The position numbers and the translations under genes are program-made. Under the pieces are notes generated by a model that was not told where the DNA came from, made no database searches, and saw nothing but the letters and a program-made list of their open reading frames with translations. This document shows positions 18,017-29,194 of a stretch of 64,000 bases of DNA, piece by piece. This stretch comes from Candidatus Binatia bacterium (lineage in GTDB: Bacteria > Desulfobacterota > Binatia > HRBIN30): assembly GCA_038245295.1 (NCBI GenBank), contig JBBRSP010000001.1, positions 64,001 through 128,000 on the forward strand. The letters are read 5' to 3'. The stretch's first letter is position 1. Each line of letters opens with the position of its first letter.

Positions 18017-19882
18017 GTGCTCGCGCCGATCTTGTCTCTAGCGATCGTTGCCTTCTACGTTTGGAGCGTCTGGCGTTTGCTCCGCCATGAATCACGGGAG
18101 TTCCATCTCGTCCTCCTCGTGATCGTCATACTGGCCCTGGCGCTGCGTCTGGCCTATCTCGGCGACTATCCCCCCGGCCTCAATGAAGACGAAGTAAAGG
18201 GTCTGGAGCGCGGCCAGGTGGCACTCAACGAAGGCACCCTCTTTGGCCGCGGCGTCGAAGGGCCGATCCTCTTGAACGCCCTCTTCATGTCGCAGCTCTT
18301 GCCGCTGTTGGGTCCCGTGCGCTGGGCCGTGCGCGGCTACTCCTTTGTCGGCGGGATTCTCGCCTGCGCGGTGATCGCCGCGGTCGGACGCGCCATGCGG
18401 CTGGGCCGCGTCGCTTCCCTGGTGGGCGCCGCTCTGGTTGCCGTTTTGCCGGTTTTCAATTTCTACAGCCGTGTCGCGTGGGGCGGCGAGCTGACGTTCC
18501 ATCAGGCGCTGCTGCTCGCGGCCCTAGCCCGTCTGATATGGCAAAATGGCAACCGCGGCGATGTTGTCGTGGGTGGCGTCGCCAGCGGTCTGCTGCTGTG
18601 GGACTACGCCGCCGGCCGCTCGATGCTCGCCATGCCGATTCTGGCAGCAGCCCTGGCAAGTGGCATGAACAGTTTACGCTGCCTGCTCATTCCCCTTGGT
18701 GGCCTCCTCGTCTGGAGCCCCTATCTAGCCGGGTTTTGGCTCTGGGTGCGCGATCAGTTCGGCGCCACACTCGATCCAGGCTACCATGACTCGACGCTCA
18801 CCACCGTGGCTCGCAAGTTCGTCGGGGCACTCGACGCACTGACACGACCACGCTCGCGGACCGGCTGGATGAGCATTCCAAGCGGCGCAACGTTTCCCTG
18901 GTTGGCTCTCGGATTAGCCCCCCTGGGCTTTGTGCGGAGCTGGCGTCATGCGGTGTTCTTGCTCGGCGGGTTCTGCCTCGGCCTGACACCCAGCTTGCTC
19001 AGCGAAGGCACGGCGCCGAGCGCTCACCGCATGCTGATGGCCTACACCTTCATTCCATTGGCCATCGCTTGTGGAATCGATGCCGTGCCGCGGCCGCGGC
19101 TGCGCTGTTGGGCCGCTGTGTCGTGTGTTGCCGTGCTTGGCGTGCTGAGCGTGCGGTCCTTCTTCTCGGCAACATACTGGGACAACGAGTCCCAGGCCGT
19201 TTTCCCGCGCGACCGCACCCTCCTCGCCGAGACCGCCGAGCGCAACCCGGCGGTGCGCAAGATTGTCGACGGGGGCATCAAGTATCATTGGGGTTTGCGC
19301 CGCCTCAGTGCCAAGGATTCGGAGTTGCTATCAGTCGAAAACTGGCTGCCGCCAACGGGTGTGCCGCTGCAGTACGTGATGGGACCGCACTCCAGCGCGC
19401 TGCGCGCCTTTTACCTCGATCTCTTTGGCAGCGAGCGCATGACGATGATCGGCCAGGGCTTTCTGTTGCGTCTCGAAGCCGCCGATTGGAGGTGGATCGA
19501 AGCGCACGGATGGACCTACCGCGCGACTTGCGAGGCTACCGTGCGTCAAATCCATGTGCCGACGTTGCATCAACGGGGCATTGGCTTCCGCGATCTCGCT
19601 TGCCCACACGGGGCGGATCACGAGTGGCGCGCCCGCTGGAACGGCCCGCGTGAGTGGGTCGCCGTGACCTTCTCGGGCGACCTCGGCGTTGAAGTGAATG
19701 AACGGCTGGTGGCCGAAAAACACGGGGAAGAGCAGGAGCAAACCTTTGAGCTCGTCCCAGGCGACGACGTTCGCCTTCACTTGCACACCGAGGGCCTGTG
19801 GCCCGATGTCAAGCTGTTCGAAATGTCGCCGCAAACCCGCCGCCTGCCGCGCTGGGAATCGGCTACGCCGATCGATCCCTAG
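18017..19882 (+). CDS. GT-C (PMT_2-like) membrane glycosyltransferase with soluble C-terminal domain
   Basis: LRLAYLGDYPPGLNEDE first-loop motif; FYSRVA; about 10 TM helices; beta-rich tail. Confidence 0.72.
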   Translation: MLAPILSLAIVAFYVWSVWRLLRHESREFHLVLLVIVILALALRLAYLGDYPPGLNEDEVKGLERGQVALNEGTLFGRGVEGPILLNALFMSQLLPLLGPVRWAVRGYSFVGGILACAVIAAVGRAMRLGRVASLVGAALVAVLPVFNFYSRVAWGGELTFHQALLLAALARLIWQNGNRGDVVVGGVASGLLLWDYAAGRSMLAMPILAAALASGMNSLRCLLIPLGGLLVWSPYLAGFWLWVRDQFGATLDPGYHDSTLTTVARKFVGALDALTRPRSRTGWMSIPSGATFPWLALGLAPLGFVRSWRHAVFLLGGFCLGLTPSLLSEGTAPSAHRMLMAYTFIPLAIACGIDAVPRPRLRCWAAVSCVAVLGVLSVRSFFSATYWDNESQAVFPRDRTLLAETAERNPAVRKIVDGGIKYHWGLRRLSAKDSELLSVENWLPPTGVPLQYVMGPHSSALRAFYLDLFGSERMTMIGQGFLLRLEAADWRWIEAHGWTYRATCEATVRQIHVPTLHQRGIGFRDLACPHGADHEWRARWNGPREWVAVTFSGDLGVEVNERLVAEKHGEEQEQTFELVPGDDVRLHLHTEGLWPDVKLFEMSPQTRRLPRWESATPIDP

Positions 19883-19885
19883 CCT

Positions 19886-20800
19886 TCAACCGCCAAGCAG
19901 GTCGCGCGCCAGGCTCCGGCTGCCGCGACGCGCCAGTGTCTTATGGAGGAAGGCCGCGATCTCGCGCGGTTTCGGGTGGCGTAACATCTCGACGAGCACC
20001 TGCCGCGTGTAGCGGCGCACCGAGCGCCGGTGGCAGGCCAAGGCCGTCGGGTCGTTGTCGTACTCGGGGAGAATTTCGTGGTCGAAGTGTGCATGTCCGT
20101 CGGTGCCCGCAACCAGCGTGGCGCTTTCGCGTGGGCCGCGACGCCACGCGGTCGCGGCGATGTAACGGATGGCGAGTCCGGCACGCAGCTGATCCGACGG
20201 ATTCGCTGGCGAGCCGTGAATCATTCGGAGGTCGTGCAAGGACGCTTGTCCGGCACGCAGTTGCATGGCCACGGTGTCGCGTTCGTTGATGTGCGTATCC
20301 AACGATTGGCCGCGCAGCAGCGCGTTGTGCTTGTCGAAGTTTACCCGATGGCGCTGCTCGGGCGCCCGATGTGAGCCGGGGACTACCGAAACGCAGCCGT
20401 TGGCCGTGGTGCTGTCCGTCAGGGCCACCCAGGCGGTGAGGACTTCGTTGCCGGCGAACTTCCAATAGACCGAATCCTGGTGCCACGGCACGTGTTGAGG
20501 ATCGCCCCCTGCCTTGATGAAGAACGTTGAGCGCCAGACGAGCACATCGGGGCCGAGCAGATCGCTGGCGGCACCAATGAGTGCCGGGTGACGCACCAAA
20601 TCGGCGGCCCACTTGAGATAGAGATGCGGCTTGTGTCGGTGTGCCGGAGACAGCGGCAAGCCATTGGCGGCAAGCAACGAACGAAACGCGGCTTGGGTTG
20701 CGGCGAGAGTCGCGCCGCTCAGGACTTCGATCGGATAGAAATAACCGTCGGCGCGATACTGGGCGAGGGCGTCATCGGCGAGGCGGCGCGGTACCGCCAT
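19886..20800 (-). CDS. Phytanoyl-CoA dioxygenase (PhyH) family Fe(II)/2OG oxygenase
   Basis: PWHQD, WVALTD, NGCVSVVPGSH, IHGSPAN..R. Confidence 0.9.
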   Translation of the reverse strand: MAVPRRLADDALAQYRADGYFYPIEVLSGATLAATQAAFRSLLAANGLPLSPAHRHKPHLYLKWAADLVRHPALIGAASDLLGPDVLVWRSTFFIKAGGDPQHVPWHQDSVYWKFAGNEVLTAWVALTDSTTANGCVSVVPGSHRAPEQRHRVNFDKHNALLRGQSLDTHINERDTVAMQLRAGQASLHDLRMIHGSPANPSDQLRAGLAIRYIAATAWRRGPRESATLVAGTDGHAHFDHEILPEYDNDPTALACHRRSVRRYTRQVLVEMLRHPKPREIAAFLHKTLARRGSRSLARDLLGG

Positions 20801-21321
20801 CACCAACCGCGCGACATGTCGAACTTGAACGGGATGCGGTCATTGTCGAGGGGCAAACGCAGCTTGTCCGGATCGGTGTGGTCGAACGGTACGGTCTTGA
20901 AGTTGACGGCGATGACGTCGCTGCTGCCGAGATTACGATCGGCATGCCAGATTCCCGGCGGGATATTCATGATGCGGCGTCGGTAGGATGACAGGACAAC
21001 CCGCGCCACCAACCCGAGCGTCGGCGATTGTGGGCGCTCGTCGTACAACACCAACTCCATCTCGCCGAACATTACGAAATAGCGATCTTCGGTCTTCTCG
21101 TGCAGAGACCAGCCCTTGATCATGCCGGGACGGATCGTAAACGCGTAGGCGAACGTGCATGGCTCGGACAGCAATCCCCAGCGTAAATCAAAGATCTCGA
21201 AGACCTCGCCGCGTGCATCGCCGTGGGTTTGCACGTCGTGGAAATGCACGCCATGCGGCAGTGGGGTGATGGGTTCTCCCGCTGACGTCACCGTCTGGCG
21301 ATCCTTGCTTGGAGCATTCAT
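20800..21321 (-). CDS. RmlC-like (dTDP-4-dehydrorhamnose 3,5-epimerase-like) cupin
   Basis: HGDARGEVFE, PGMIKGW, LYDERPQSPT.G, IPPGIWH; overlaps both neighbours. Confidence 0.8.
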   Translation of the reverse strand: MNAPSKDRQTVTSAGEPITPLPHGVHFHDVQTHGDARGEVFEIFDLRWGLLSEPCTFAYAFTIRPGMIKGWSLHEKTEDRYFVMFGEMELVLYDERPQSPTLGLVARVVLSSYRRRIMNIPPGIWHADRNLGSSDVIAVNFKTVPFDHTDPDKLRLPLDNDRIPFKFDMSRGW

Positions 21322-22181
21322 GCGATTGGCGTGCCCTCTTGCGGGCGCGTTGTAAGCCGCTGGTACCAGAAGCGCAAGAATTTTGGACCCGACCGTAAGC
21401 CGAACAACAGGAAGTCGCGCCACTGGCGTTGGCGTATTTCCCATGAGCGGTGCCGGTCACCCGAGCGCATGCGCAGCGATGCTACCCATCTGGGGTCTTC
21501 GAGCAAAGCCAAATATTTCGCCTGCGGCGCCTCGCGGCTGAGGTCGTAGTGCCGGTCCCAGTGCAGCGCATAAAAACGCAAGACGGTCAGATGATCGATG
21601 TACGCGGATGGTTGCTCGGACGTCCGCACCCGATTGTAGAATTCGCGATCGCCGAAGCGCACCAGTTGATCGTTCCAATATCCGACGGCGGCGAAAACAT
21701 CGCGCCGATGCACGCAGTTCACCGATCCCATGAACCAGTTGCGCAGAAAGCGCTGGGCGAAAGGGCCGCGCCAGTCGAAGGCGAAGAAGTACGGATCGAG
21801 AGTGTCGGGCACCTGCACGGGGCACGAGCGCATCGCCACCAGACTCAGACGACGGTTTTGCAGCGCCGCTACCGCCGACTCCAGATGATCGGTAAACCAC
21901 AGATCGTCATCGTTGCAGTAGGCGATGATTGGCGCGTTGGTCTCGGCGAGCACTTGGTTGCGATGCGCGTAGCCGAATCCCCGACCCTTCGAGAATCGAT
22001 AGAAGCGCAGACGCTCGTCGTCGAAGCGGCGCACCTGTTGCTCGGTTGCGTCGTCACAGCCGTCGCCGATGACATGCAGCGTGAAGTGTTTGTAGGTCTG
22101 CCGCAACACCGACTCGATTGCATACCCGACGGTGTGCGGACGCTTGAACGTGGGTAGGATGATATCGACGGCGTCGCTCAT
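21318..22181 (-). CDS. Glycosyltransferase family 2
   Basis: [23 protein letters not shown]. Confidence 0.88.
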   Translation of the reverse strand: MSDAVDIILPTFKRPHTVGYAIESVLRQTYKHFTLHVIGDGCDDATEQQVRRFDDERLRFYRFSKGRGFGYAHRNQVLAETNAPIIAYCNDDDLWFTDHLESAVAALQNRRLSLVAMRSCPVQVPDTLDPYFFAFDWRGPFAQRFLRNWFMGSVNCVHRRDVFAAVGYWNDQLVRFGDREFYNRVRTSEQPSAYIDHLTVLRFYALHWDRHYDLSREAPQAKYLALLEDPRWVASLRMRSGDRHRSWEIRQRQWRDFLLFGLRSGPKFLRFWYQRLTTRPQEGTPIA

Positions 22182-22684
22182 TTATTGGACCGGAATGCTC
22201 CGCTACGGCCGCCGCTCTTCTCCATCAATCTGACCTCGGTGATGACCATCCCACGATCGGCCGCCTTGCACATGTCGTAGATCGTCAGTGCGGCGACACT
22301 GACGGCCGTCAATGCTTCCATTTCAACGCCCGTGCGGCCGCTCACCTTCACCGTTGCCTCGATCTGCAGACGACCACGCCCCGCGACCGTGAAGTCGATA
22401 TTGGCTACCTGAATGGGGAGGGGGTGACACAAGGGGATCAGATCGGACGTGCGCTTGGCCGCCTGAATGCCGGCGATGCGCGCCACGGCCAATACTTCGC
22501 CTTTGGCGATCTTGCCGCTCTGGATCAGGAGCAACGTGGCCGGTTGCATGACCACGACGCAGCGCGCGACGGCGACACGTTCGGTGATCGGCTTGTCTCC
22601 GACATCGACCATGCGGGCGCGGCCCTGCGTGTCGATGTGAGAGAGGGCGGGGGGTTTTGTCTGACGTCCGGGTCGCGTCGGCAT
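22178..22684 (-). CDS. moaC: Cyclic pyranopterin monophosphate synthase MoaC
   Basis: [36 protein letters not shown]. Confidence 0.96.
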   Translation of the reverse strand: MPTRPGRQTKPPALSHIDTQGRARMVDVGDKPITERVAVARCVVVMQPATLLLIQSGKIAKGEVLAVARIAGIQAAKRTSDLIPLCHPLPIQVANIDFTVAGRGRLQIEATVKVSGRTGVEMEALTAVSVAALTIYDMCKAADRGMVITEVRLMEKSGGRSGAFRSNK

Positions 22685-22785
22685 ACGGCGTGTATAGCGA
22701 AACCTCGCGGTGAGACGCGACCTCCGGCCGCGATAGCTGGCGAAGGATTCGCAGCCCGCCGCATGCGAGGCTGGACCTACCTGGG

Positions 22786-22814
22786 TTGCCGAAGCCAACG
22801 TTCAACCCTACCTT
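22786..22814 (+). promoter_or_regulatory. Sigma70-like promoter of trxB (probably leaderless)
   Basis: TTGCCG-N17-TACCTT-N7-ATG; no SD. Confidence 0.55.
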
Positions 22815-22821
22815 GGCGCGT

Positions 22822-23763
22822 ATGCCACACCACAAGCTGATCATCATTGGTTCCGGACCCTCTGGCCTGACGGCGGCGCTTTATGCGGCGCGCGCCGACT
22901 TGGCTCCCGTCGTCATCGAGGGATCGCAGCCCGGTGGTCAGCTGACCATTACCACCGAGGTCGAGAACTATCCCGGCTTCCCGGAAGGGTTGCAGGGGCC
23001 CGAGATGATGGACCGCTTTCGCGCTCAGGCCGAGCGTTTCGGGACGCAATACATCTACGGCGACGTCTCGAAGGTCGAGTTGGCGCAGCGGCCGTTCAAG
23101 CTGCTGGTTGGCAAGGACACATTTACCTGCGACGCCCTGATCATCTCGACCGGCGCTTCCGCGAAACTCCTTGGACTGGAATCGGAGAAACTGTTGATGG
23201 GGCATGGCGTGTCGGCCTGCGCCACCTGCGACGGTTTCTTTTTCAAAGGCAAAGAGCTCGTCGTGGTAGGTGGCGGTGACACGGCGGTCGAGGAAGCACT
23301 CTACCTCACGAAGTTCGCCAGCAAGGTGACGATCGTTCACCGGCGCGACGAACTGCGTGCATCGAAGATCATGCGCGACCGAGCCCTCAAGAATGACAAG
23401 GTCGCTTTTGTCTGGGACTCGATCGTCGAAGAGATCCTGGGTGCCGCCGACAAGACAGGTGTCACCGGCGTGCGCCTGCGCAACGTCAAGACCAACACGG
23501 TCAGCGAGTTCAAGACCGATGGTGTCTTCATGGCCATCGGCCATCAGCCCAATACACAGCTCTTTGTCGGCCAACTCGACATGGACGAGACCGGCTACCT
23601 GCTTACCCAGGCCGGCGGTACGGCAACCAACGTCGAAGGCGTGTTTGCTTGTGGCGACGTGCGCGATCACGTTTACCGCCAGGCCATTACGGCCGCCGGC
23701 TCGGGCTGTATGGCGGCAATCGATGCGGAGCGCTGGCTGGAAACAAAAAAGAGTGAAGAGTAA
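22822..23763 (+). CDS. trxB: Thioredoxin reductase
   Basis: GSGPSG, GGQLT.TT.VENYPG, CATCDG, GGGDTA, YRQAITAAGSG. Confidence 0.97.
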   Translation: MPHHKLIIIGSGPSGLTAALYAARADLAPVVIEGSQPGGQLTITTEVENYPGFPEGLQGPEMMDRFRAQAERFGTQYIYGDVSKVELAQRPFKLLVGKDTFTCDALIISTGASAKLLGLESEKLLMGHGVSACATCDGFFFKGKELVVVGGGDTAVEEALYLTKFASKVTIVHRRDELRASKIMRDRALKNDKVAFVWDSIVEEILGAADKTGVTGVRLRNVKTNTVSEFKTDGVFMAIGHQPNTQLFVGQLDMDETGYLLTQAGGTATNVEGVFACGDVRDHVYRQAITAAGSGCMAAIDAERWLETKKSEE

Positions 23764-23778
23764 ACGGGGCTTTCACCC

Positions 23779-24549
23779 TTATTTCGTAGTGCGTACGGCT
23801 ACGCCGCGTTCGAGCAGGTAATCCTTGCACTGGTGTACGGTGTATTCGCGATAGTGAAAGATCGACGCGGCGAGTGCCGCGGTGGCGCCGCCGGCGGTGA
23901 GCCCTTGATAGATGTGCTCGAGGTTGCCGACACCGCCCGAGGCGATCACTGGCACGTGCACCGCATCGGCGATGGCCCGGGTTAGCTCGATGTCGTAGCC
24001 GCCTTTGGTGCCGTCACGATCCATGCTGGTGAGCAGGATTTCACCGGCCCCGTAGCGCTCCATTCGTTGAGCCCATTCGATCGCTTCCAGCCCGGTCGGC
24101 TTGCGCCCGCCGTGCGTGAAGACCTCCCAGCGCTGCGGGCTGCCCGGCACACGCTTGGCATCGATGGCGACGACAACGCATTGGCTGCCGAACTTCTCGG
24201 CCGCCTCGCGCACGAACTCAGGTCGGTTCACCGCCGCTGTATTGATCGACACCTTGTCGGCGCCGGCCTTCAGCAGATTGCGGACATCCTGCGCTTCGCG
24301 CACGCCGCCGCCGACCGTGAGCGGCATGAAGACCGTGTCGGCCGTGCGCGCCACGACATCCAGAATAATCCCGCGTTGTTCGTGCGACGCGGTAATGTCG
24401 AGGAAGGTCAACTCGTCGGCGCCTTCGGCGTCGTAGCGCTGCGCCACTTCGACCGGATCGCCGGCATCACGCAGGCCGACGAAGTTGACGCCTTTGACGA
24501 CGCGTCCGTCTTTGACATCGAGGCAGGGAATGATGCGCTTGGCCAACAC
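23779..24549 (-). CDS. hisF: Imidazole glycerol phosphate synthase cyclase subunit
   Basis: [21 protein letters not shown]. Confidence 0.98.
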   Translation of the reverse strand: MLAKRIIPCLDVKDGRVVKGVNFVGLRDAGDPVEVAQRYDAEGADELTFLDITASHEQRGIILDVVARTADTVFMPLTVGGGVREAQDVRNLLKAGADKVSINTAAVNRPEFVREAAEKFGSQCVVVAIDAKRVPGSPQRWEVFTHGGRKPTGLEAIEWAQRMERYGAGEILLTSMDRDGTKGGYDIELTRAIADAVHVPVIASGGVGNLEHIYQGLTAGGATAALAASIFHYREYTVHQCKDYLLERGVAVRTTK

Positions 24550-24553
24550 GGTG

Positions 24554-25279
24554 TCACTCCTTCGCGACGCGGATTGCTTCTGCCAGGTTCACGGCGCCGG
24601 TGTAGATGGCGCGCCCGACGATCACGGCGTCAAGGTTAGCGACCCCGGCGTCGCGCACGGCTCTGATATCCGCCAACGAACCGACGCCGCCCGAGGCGGT
24701 GACGGGAATCTTGACGGCACGCGCCAGATCGGCGGTGGCGCTGACGTTGACGCCTTGCTGTGTGCCGTCACGGCTGATGTCGGTGTAGATGATGCGGCGC
24801 GCGCCCCATTGTTCGACACGCGAGGCTAGATCGCGCGCCGAGACCGTGCTCGTTTCGACCCAGCCCTGCACGGCCACCATCCCATCTCGAGCATCGATGC
24901 CGACGGCGATCCGGCCGGGGAAGCGACGACACGCGTCTTCGACAATCTTGGGCTGTGACAACGCCGAGGTACCGTAGATGACGCAGTCGACGCCCATGTC
25001 GATGAGCTCGGCGGCGCGTTCCACCGTGCGCACTCCGCCGCCAACTTCGATCGGCATGGTCAGGTGTTTGCACAAGCCGGCGATGGCGGCAGCGTTCACC
25101 GGTGTGCCGCTTACGGCGCCGTCGAGATCAACGACATGCAGATACTCCGCGCCCTCCGAGGCCCAGCGTTGGCCCATGGCAACCGGATCGTCGCCATAAA
25201 TGGTCGCCGCATCCATTTCGCCACGCAACAAGCGCACACATTTGCCGCCCTTCAGATCAATCGCTGGAACGATCAGCAT
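24554..25279 (-). CDS. hisA: ProFAR isomerase
   Basis: [30 protein letters not shown]. Confidence 0.97.
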   Translation of the reverse strand: MLIVPAIDLKGGKCVRLLRGEMDAATIYGDDPVAMGQRWASEGAEYLHVVDLDGAVSGTPVNAAAIAGLCKHLTMPIEVGGGVRTVERAAELIDMGVDCVIYGTSALSQPKIVEDACRRFPGRIAVGIDARDGMVAVQGWVETSTVSARDLASRVEQWGARRIIYTDISRDGTQQGVNVSATADLARAVKIPVTASGGVGSLADIRAVRDAGVANLDAVIVGRAIYTGAVNLAEAIRVAKE

Positions 25280-25288
25280 CCTCGTACC

Positions 25289-25906
25289 TCAATGTTGCGC
25301 GACCAGCTTTCCGAAATTTGCCAGGATTTTGAGCCCGACCGCCTGGCTCTTCTCCGGGTGATACTGTGTGGCAAAAACGTTGTTGCGATACACCGCCGAC
25401 GTGAACGGCGCGCCGTAATCGGTGCTGGTGGCGGTGAGCGTCTCGTCGCTCGGCTGCACATAGAAGGAGTGCACGAAATAGACGTAGGCTCCGTCGTCGA
25501 TACCCTCGAGGTGCGGCACCGGCTGGGTTTTGCGGATCTGATTCCACCCCATGTGCGGCACTTGCAGACCGGGCTGGTCGCGAAAACGAACGACGCGCCC
25601 GGGGAAGATGCCAAGACCCTTCACCGGACCGAACTCCTCGCTCTCTTCGAAAAGCAGCTGCATACCGAGGCAGATGCCGAGAAACGGCGTGCCGCGATCG
25701 ATCACATGCCGTACGGTGGCGATGAGGCCGTAGGTCTCCAGGTTGTTCATGCACGCGCCAAAGGCGCCGACTCCGGGCAGCACGACACCGGCAGCCGCTT
25801 CGATCTCGGCCGGGTCGCGGCTGACGATCGCGTCGCAACCAACCCGTTCGAGGCCTTTCTGCACCGAGCGCAGATTGCCCATGCCGTAATCGATAATAGC
25901 GATCAT
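25289..25906 (-). CDS. hisH: Imidazole glycerol phosphate synthase glutaminase subunit
   Basis: IIDYGMGN, GICLGMQ, PHMGWN, HPEKS. Confidence 0.97.
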   Translation of the reverse strand: MIAIIDYGMGNLRSVQKGLERVGCDAIVSRDPAEIEAAAGVVLPGVGAFGACMNNLETYGLIATVRHVIDRGTPFLGICLGMQLLFEESEEFGPVKGLGIFPGRVVRFRDQPGLQVPHMGWNQIRKTQPVPHLEGIDDGAYVYFVHSFYVQPSDETLTATSTDYGAPFTSAVYRNNVFATQYHPEKSQAVGLKILANFGKLVAQH

Positions 25907-25919
25907 GTTGTCATCCGAT

Positions 25920-25943
25920 GGATCAGTCGGATCCGACTGATCC
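25920..25943. repeat. Perfect 24-bp palindrome between hisB and hisH
   Basis: GGATCAGTCGGATCCGACTGATCC equals its own reverse complement. Confidence 0.85.
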
Positions 25944-26596
25944 TAGAGCTTGCCCTTTGTCGACAGCACGCCGTGCACGCGTGCATCCACCTGCGTCGCC
26001 TGATCCATGCAGCGCGCGAACGCCTTGAAGGCCGCTTCGATGATGTGATGCGCGTTGCGGCCATGCATCTGGTTGAAGTGCAGGTTCATTGCGGCACTAT
26101 TGGTCAAGGCCAGGAAGAAGTCGTGCACGAGCTCGGTGTCGAAGGTGCCGACGCGCGCCTGCTCGATCTTCAGGTTGTAGCCGAGGAATGGACGACCACT
26201 GAGGTCGACCACGGCATACACGAGTGCCTCGTCGAGAGGGCAGGCGGCATCGCCGAAGCGGCGTATGCCGGCTTTGTCTCCGAGAGCATCGCGCAGCGCT
26301 TCGCCAAGGGTTAGCCCGACGTCTTCCACCGTGTGGTGTTGATCGACGGCCAAATCACCAGTGGCTTTGATGCTCAGATCGAAGAAGCCGTGGCGCGCAA
26401 ATGCATCGAGCATGTGGTCGAGGAAGGGGATGCCGGTGTCGATCGCTATGCGACCACTGCCATCGAGCTTGAGCTCGACCGTGATCTCCGTCTCCTTGGT
26501 TGAGCGGACCACCTTGGCGCTGCGCCCCTTTTCGCGCGGGCGTACCGCGACCGGCGGCCGTGCCGCGGATCGTGTCGTAGTCTTCACGCGTGCCAT
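25943..26596 (-). CDS. hisB: Imidazoleglycerol-phosphate dehydratase
   Basis: RSTKETEI, FLDHML, DQHHTVED, NAHHIIEA, STKG. Confidence 0.97.
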   Translation of the reverse strand: MARVKTTTRSAARPPVAVRPREKGRSAKVVRSTKETEITVELKLDGSGRIAIDTGIPFLDHMLDAFARHGFFDLSIKATGDLAVDQHHTVEDVGLTLGEALRDALGDKAGIRRFGDAACPLDEALVYAVVDLSGRPFLGYNLKIEQARVGTFDTELVHDFFLALTNSAAMNLHFNQMHGRNAHHIIEAAFKAFARCMDQATQVDARVHGVLSTKGKL

Positions 26597-26613
26597 ACTT
26601 CGCGTCTCCTTCC

Positions 26614-27924
26614 TCAACCTCGGGCGGCGGGGGCAAAACGCACTCGCACTGCCGCGGCGTGCGCGTCGTAGCCTTCGAGCCCAGCCAATGTCTCTACCGT
26701 TGGCGCCAATCGCTCAAGCCCTTTGCGCGTCGCCGTTACCACGCTCGTGCGTTTCAGGAAGTCGTAGGTCCCGAGCGGCGAGAAGAAGCGTGCCGTGCCG
26801 CCGGTCGGCAGGACGTGATTTGGCCCGGCCACATAGTCGCCGAGCGGCGCCGGGGAATACGGCCCGATGAAGATGGCTCCCGAGTTGCGCAGGCGCGGCG
26901 CCACCGCCTCGGCATTCTCCACCATCAGCTCCAGGTGCTCCGGGCCAACCTCGTCGGCTAGCACCACGGCCTCGTCGATGTCGCGTACGAGGACCAGTGC
27001 ACCGCGATGCTTCAAGACGGCGGCGATATCCTTGCGGCGCGGCAGCAAGGCGAGCTGGCGCGCTAGTTCGGTCTGCACCGCGATCGCCAGCGGCCGCGAG
27101 GTCGTCAGCAACACGGCGCACTCGTCGCCGCTGCCGTGCTCCGCCTGGGCCAACAGGTCGGCGGCGACGAAACGAGGGTTGGCGGTGCGATCGGCGATCA
27201 CCAGGACCTCGCTCGGGCCGGCGATCTTGTCGATGTCGACGACGCCGTAGACGATCTTCTTGGCGGCCTGTACCCAGGCATTGCCGGGGCCGACGATCTT
27301 GTCGACGGGCTGGATGGTCTTTGTTCCGAAGGCGAGGGCGGCGACGGCTTGGGCGCCGCCGATCTGGTACACCGCGTCGACTCCGGCAATGGCGGCGGCC
27401 GCGAGCACGGCGGGGTTGAACTCACCCTGACCGCGCGGTGACACCATGATGACTTCGTCGACGCCGGCAACCCGCGCCGGAATGGCGTTCATCAACACCG
27501 ACGACGGATAGGCCGCATGGCCGCCGGGGACGTACAAGCCGACGCGCCGCAACGGCGAGATTTGCTGGCCGAGCTTCAGACCGACGGGATCGCGATAACT
27601 CCACGAGCGCGTCAGCTGTTTCTTGTGATACGCGGCGATGCGTTTGGCGGCGAGGCGCAAGGCGCGCAGCGCCGCTGGGCTTGTCTGCTTCGTTGCCTCG
27701 GCGATCGCCGCGTCGCTGACGCGCAGGGTCTTGGGTGTCAGCTTGAGATGGTCGAAGCGCTGCGTCAGCTCGATGACGGCTTTGTCGCCGCGACGGCGTA
27801 CGTCTTCGACGATGCGGCGCGCCTGATCATCGACGGCGGCGCTGCCTTGCGCGCCGCGGTCGCGAATCGAAGCAAACTGCCGCGAGAAATTCCTGTCCTG
27901 CGTGTTCAGTATCCGGATCAACAT
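26614..27924 (-). CDS. hisD: Histidinol dehydrogenase
   Basis: [37 protein letters not shown]. Confidence 0.97.
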   Translation of the reverse strand: MLIRILNTQDRNFSRQFASIRDRGAQGSAAVDDQARRIVEDVRRRGDKAVIELTQRFDHLKLTPKTLRVSDAAIAEATKQTSPAALRALRLAAKRIAAYHKKQLTRSWSYRDPVGLKLGQQISPLRRVGLYVPGGHAAYPSSVLMNAIPARVAGVDEVIMVSPRGQGEFNPAVLAAAAIAGVDAVYQIGGAQAVAALAFGTKTIQPVDKIVGPGNAWVQAAKKIVYGVVDIDKIAGPSEVLVIADRTANPRFVAADLLAQAEHGSGDECAVLLTTSRPLAIAVQTELARQLALLPRRKDIAAVLKHRGALVLVRDIDEAVVLADEVGPEHLELMVENAEAVAPRLRNSGAIFIGPYSPAPLGDYVAGPNHVLPTGGTARFFSPLGTYDFLKRTSVVTATRKGLERLAPTVETLAGLEGYDAHAAAVRVRFAPAARG

Positions 27925-27928
27925 CTCA

Positions 27929-29191
27929 CTACCCTTTTCGTTCCTTGACCCGCCGGATGTCTGCCCCGAGGGCCGACAGCTTGGCCTCGATGCCGGCATA
28001 GCCGCGATCGAGATGATAGATGCGCGATACTTCGGTCGTGCCTTCGGCCGCAAGGCCGGCGATTACCAGGCAGACACTGGCGCGCAGGTCGGTGGCCATC
28101 ACCGGAGCGCCGCTCAGGTTGGTAACCCCGCGCACGACGGCGGTGTTGCCCTGGATCTTGATGTCGGCGTTCATGCGACTGAGCTCCTGTACATGCATGA
28201 AGCGGTTTTCGAAGATGGTCTCGGTGACGACGGAGGTGCCGTTGGCGAGAGTCAATAACGCCATACTCTGGGCTTGCAGGTCGGTCGGGAAGCCAGGGTA
28301 GGGCATCGTCTTGATGTCGATGCTGCTCAGGCGGCGATTACCGGTGACCCGCACACCGTCTTGCCGTTCGTCGACGTCGGCGCCGGCCTCGCGTAGTTTC
28401 TCGATCAAGGCGTTGAGATGATCGGCGCGGGCACCGCGCACGAACACGTCGCCACCCGTCGCGGCCGCGGCGATCATGAACGTTCCCGCCTCGATGCGGT
28501 CCGGGCAGACCGTGAAATCGGTGCCATGCAGTTCCGCCACGCCTTCGATCGTGATCACCGCTTCGCCGGCACCGTGGATCTTTGCGCCCATCGAGATGAG
28601 CGCGTTGGCCAGGTCGACAACCTCGGGCTCACGGGCCGCTTGTTCGATGCGTGTAACGCCGTCCGCTAGGGCCGCCACCATCATGAGATGTTCGGTGGCG
28701 CCCACCGACGGAACCTCGAGGTAGATGGTCGCACCGTGCAGGCGTTCCGCCTCCGCCTCGGCATAGCCGTGCACGAGGCGCACCGTTGCGCCCATTTTCT
28801 GCAGCCCGTCGAGGTGCAGGTTGACCGGACGACTGCCGATCGCGCAGCCACCCGGTGTCGAAACTCGCGCTCTGCCGTGCCGCGCCAGCAAGGGGCCGAG
28901 GACGAGAAACGAGGCGCGCATCGTCTTGACGAGATCGTAGGTTGCCTCGAGGCGCGCCAAGCGATCGGCACAGATCTGCACGACGTCGCCGTCACGCTCG
29001 ACGGTGGCGCCGAGATCCTGCAGCAGCCGCTGCGTTGTGCGCACGTCGACGACGTTCGGAACATTGCGAAAGGTGCAGGGCTCACGCGTCAGCAGCGACG
29101 ACAGGAGAATCGGCAGGGCGGCGTTTTTGGCGCCTTCGACGGTGACGTCGCCCATCAGGCGTTTGCCGCCACGAATTAGAATCTGGTCCAT
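27929..29191 (-). CDS. murA: UDP-N-acetylglucosamine 1-carboxyvinyltransferase
   Basis: [32 protein letters not shown]. Confidence 0.98.
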   Translation of the reverse strand: MDQILIRGGKRLMGDVTVEGAKNAALPILLSSLLTREPCTFRNVPNVVDVRTTQRLLQDLGATVERDGDVVQICADRLARLEATYDLVKTMRASFLVLGPLLARHGRARVSTPGGCAIGSRPVNLHLDGLQKMGATVRLVHGYAEAEAERLHGATIYLEVPSVGATEHLMMVAALADGVTRIEQAAREPEVVDLANALISMGAKIHGAGEAVITIEGVAELHGTDFTVCPDRIEAGTFMIAAAATGGDVFVRGARADHLNALIEKLREAGADVDERQDGVRVTGNRRLSSIDIKTMPYPGFPTDLQAQSMALLTLANGTSVVTETIFENRFMHVQELSRMNADIKIQGNTAVVRGVTNLSGAPVMATDLRASVCLVIAGLAAEGTTEVSRIYHLDRGYAGIEAKLSALGADIRRVKERKG

Positions 29192-29194
29192 GTT

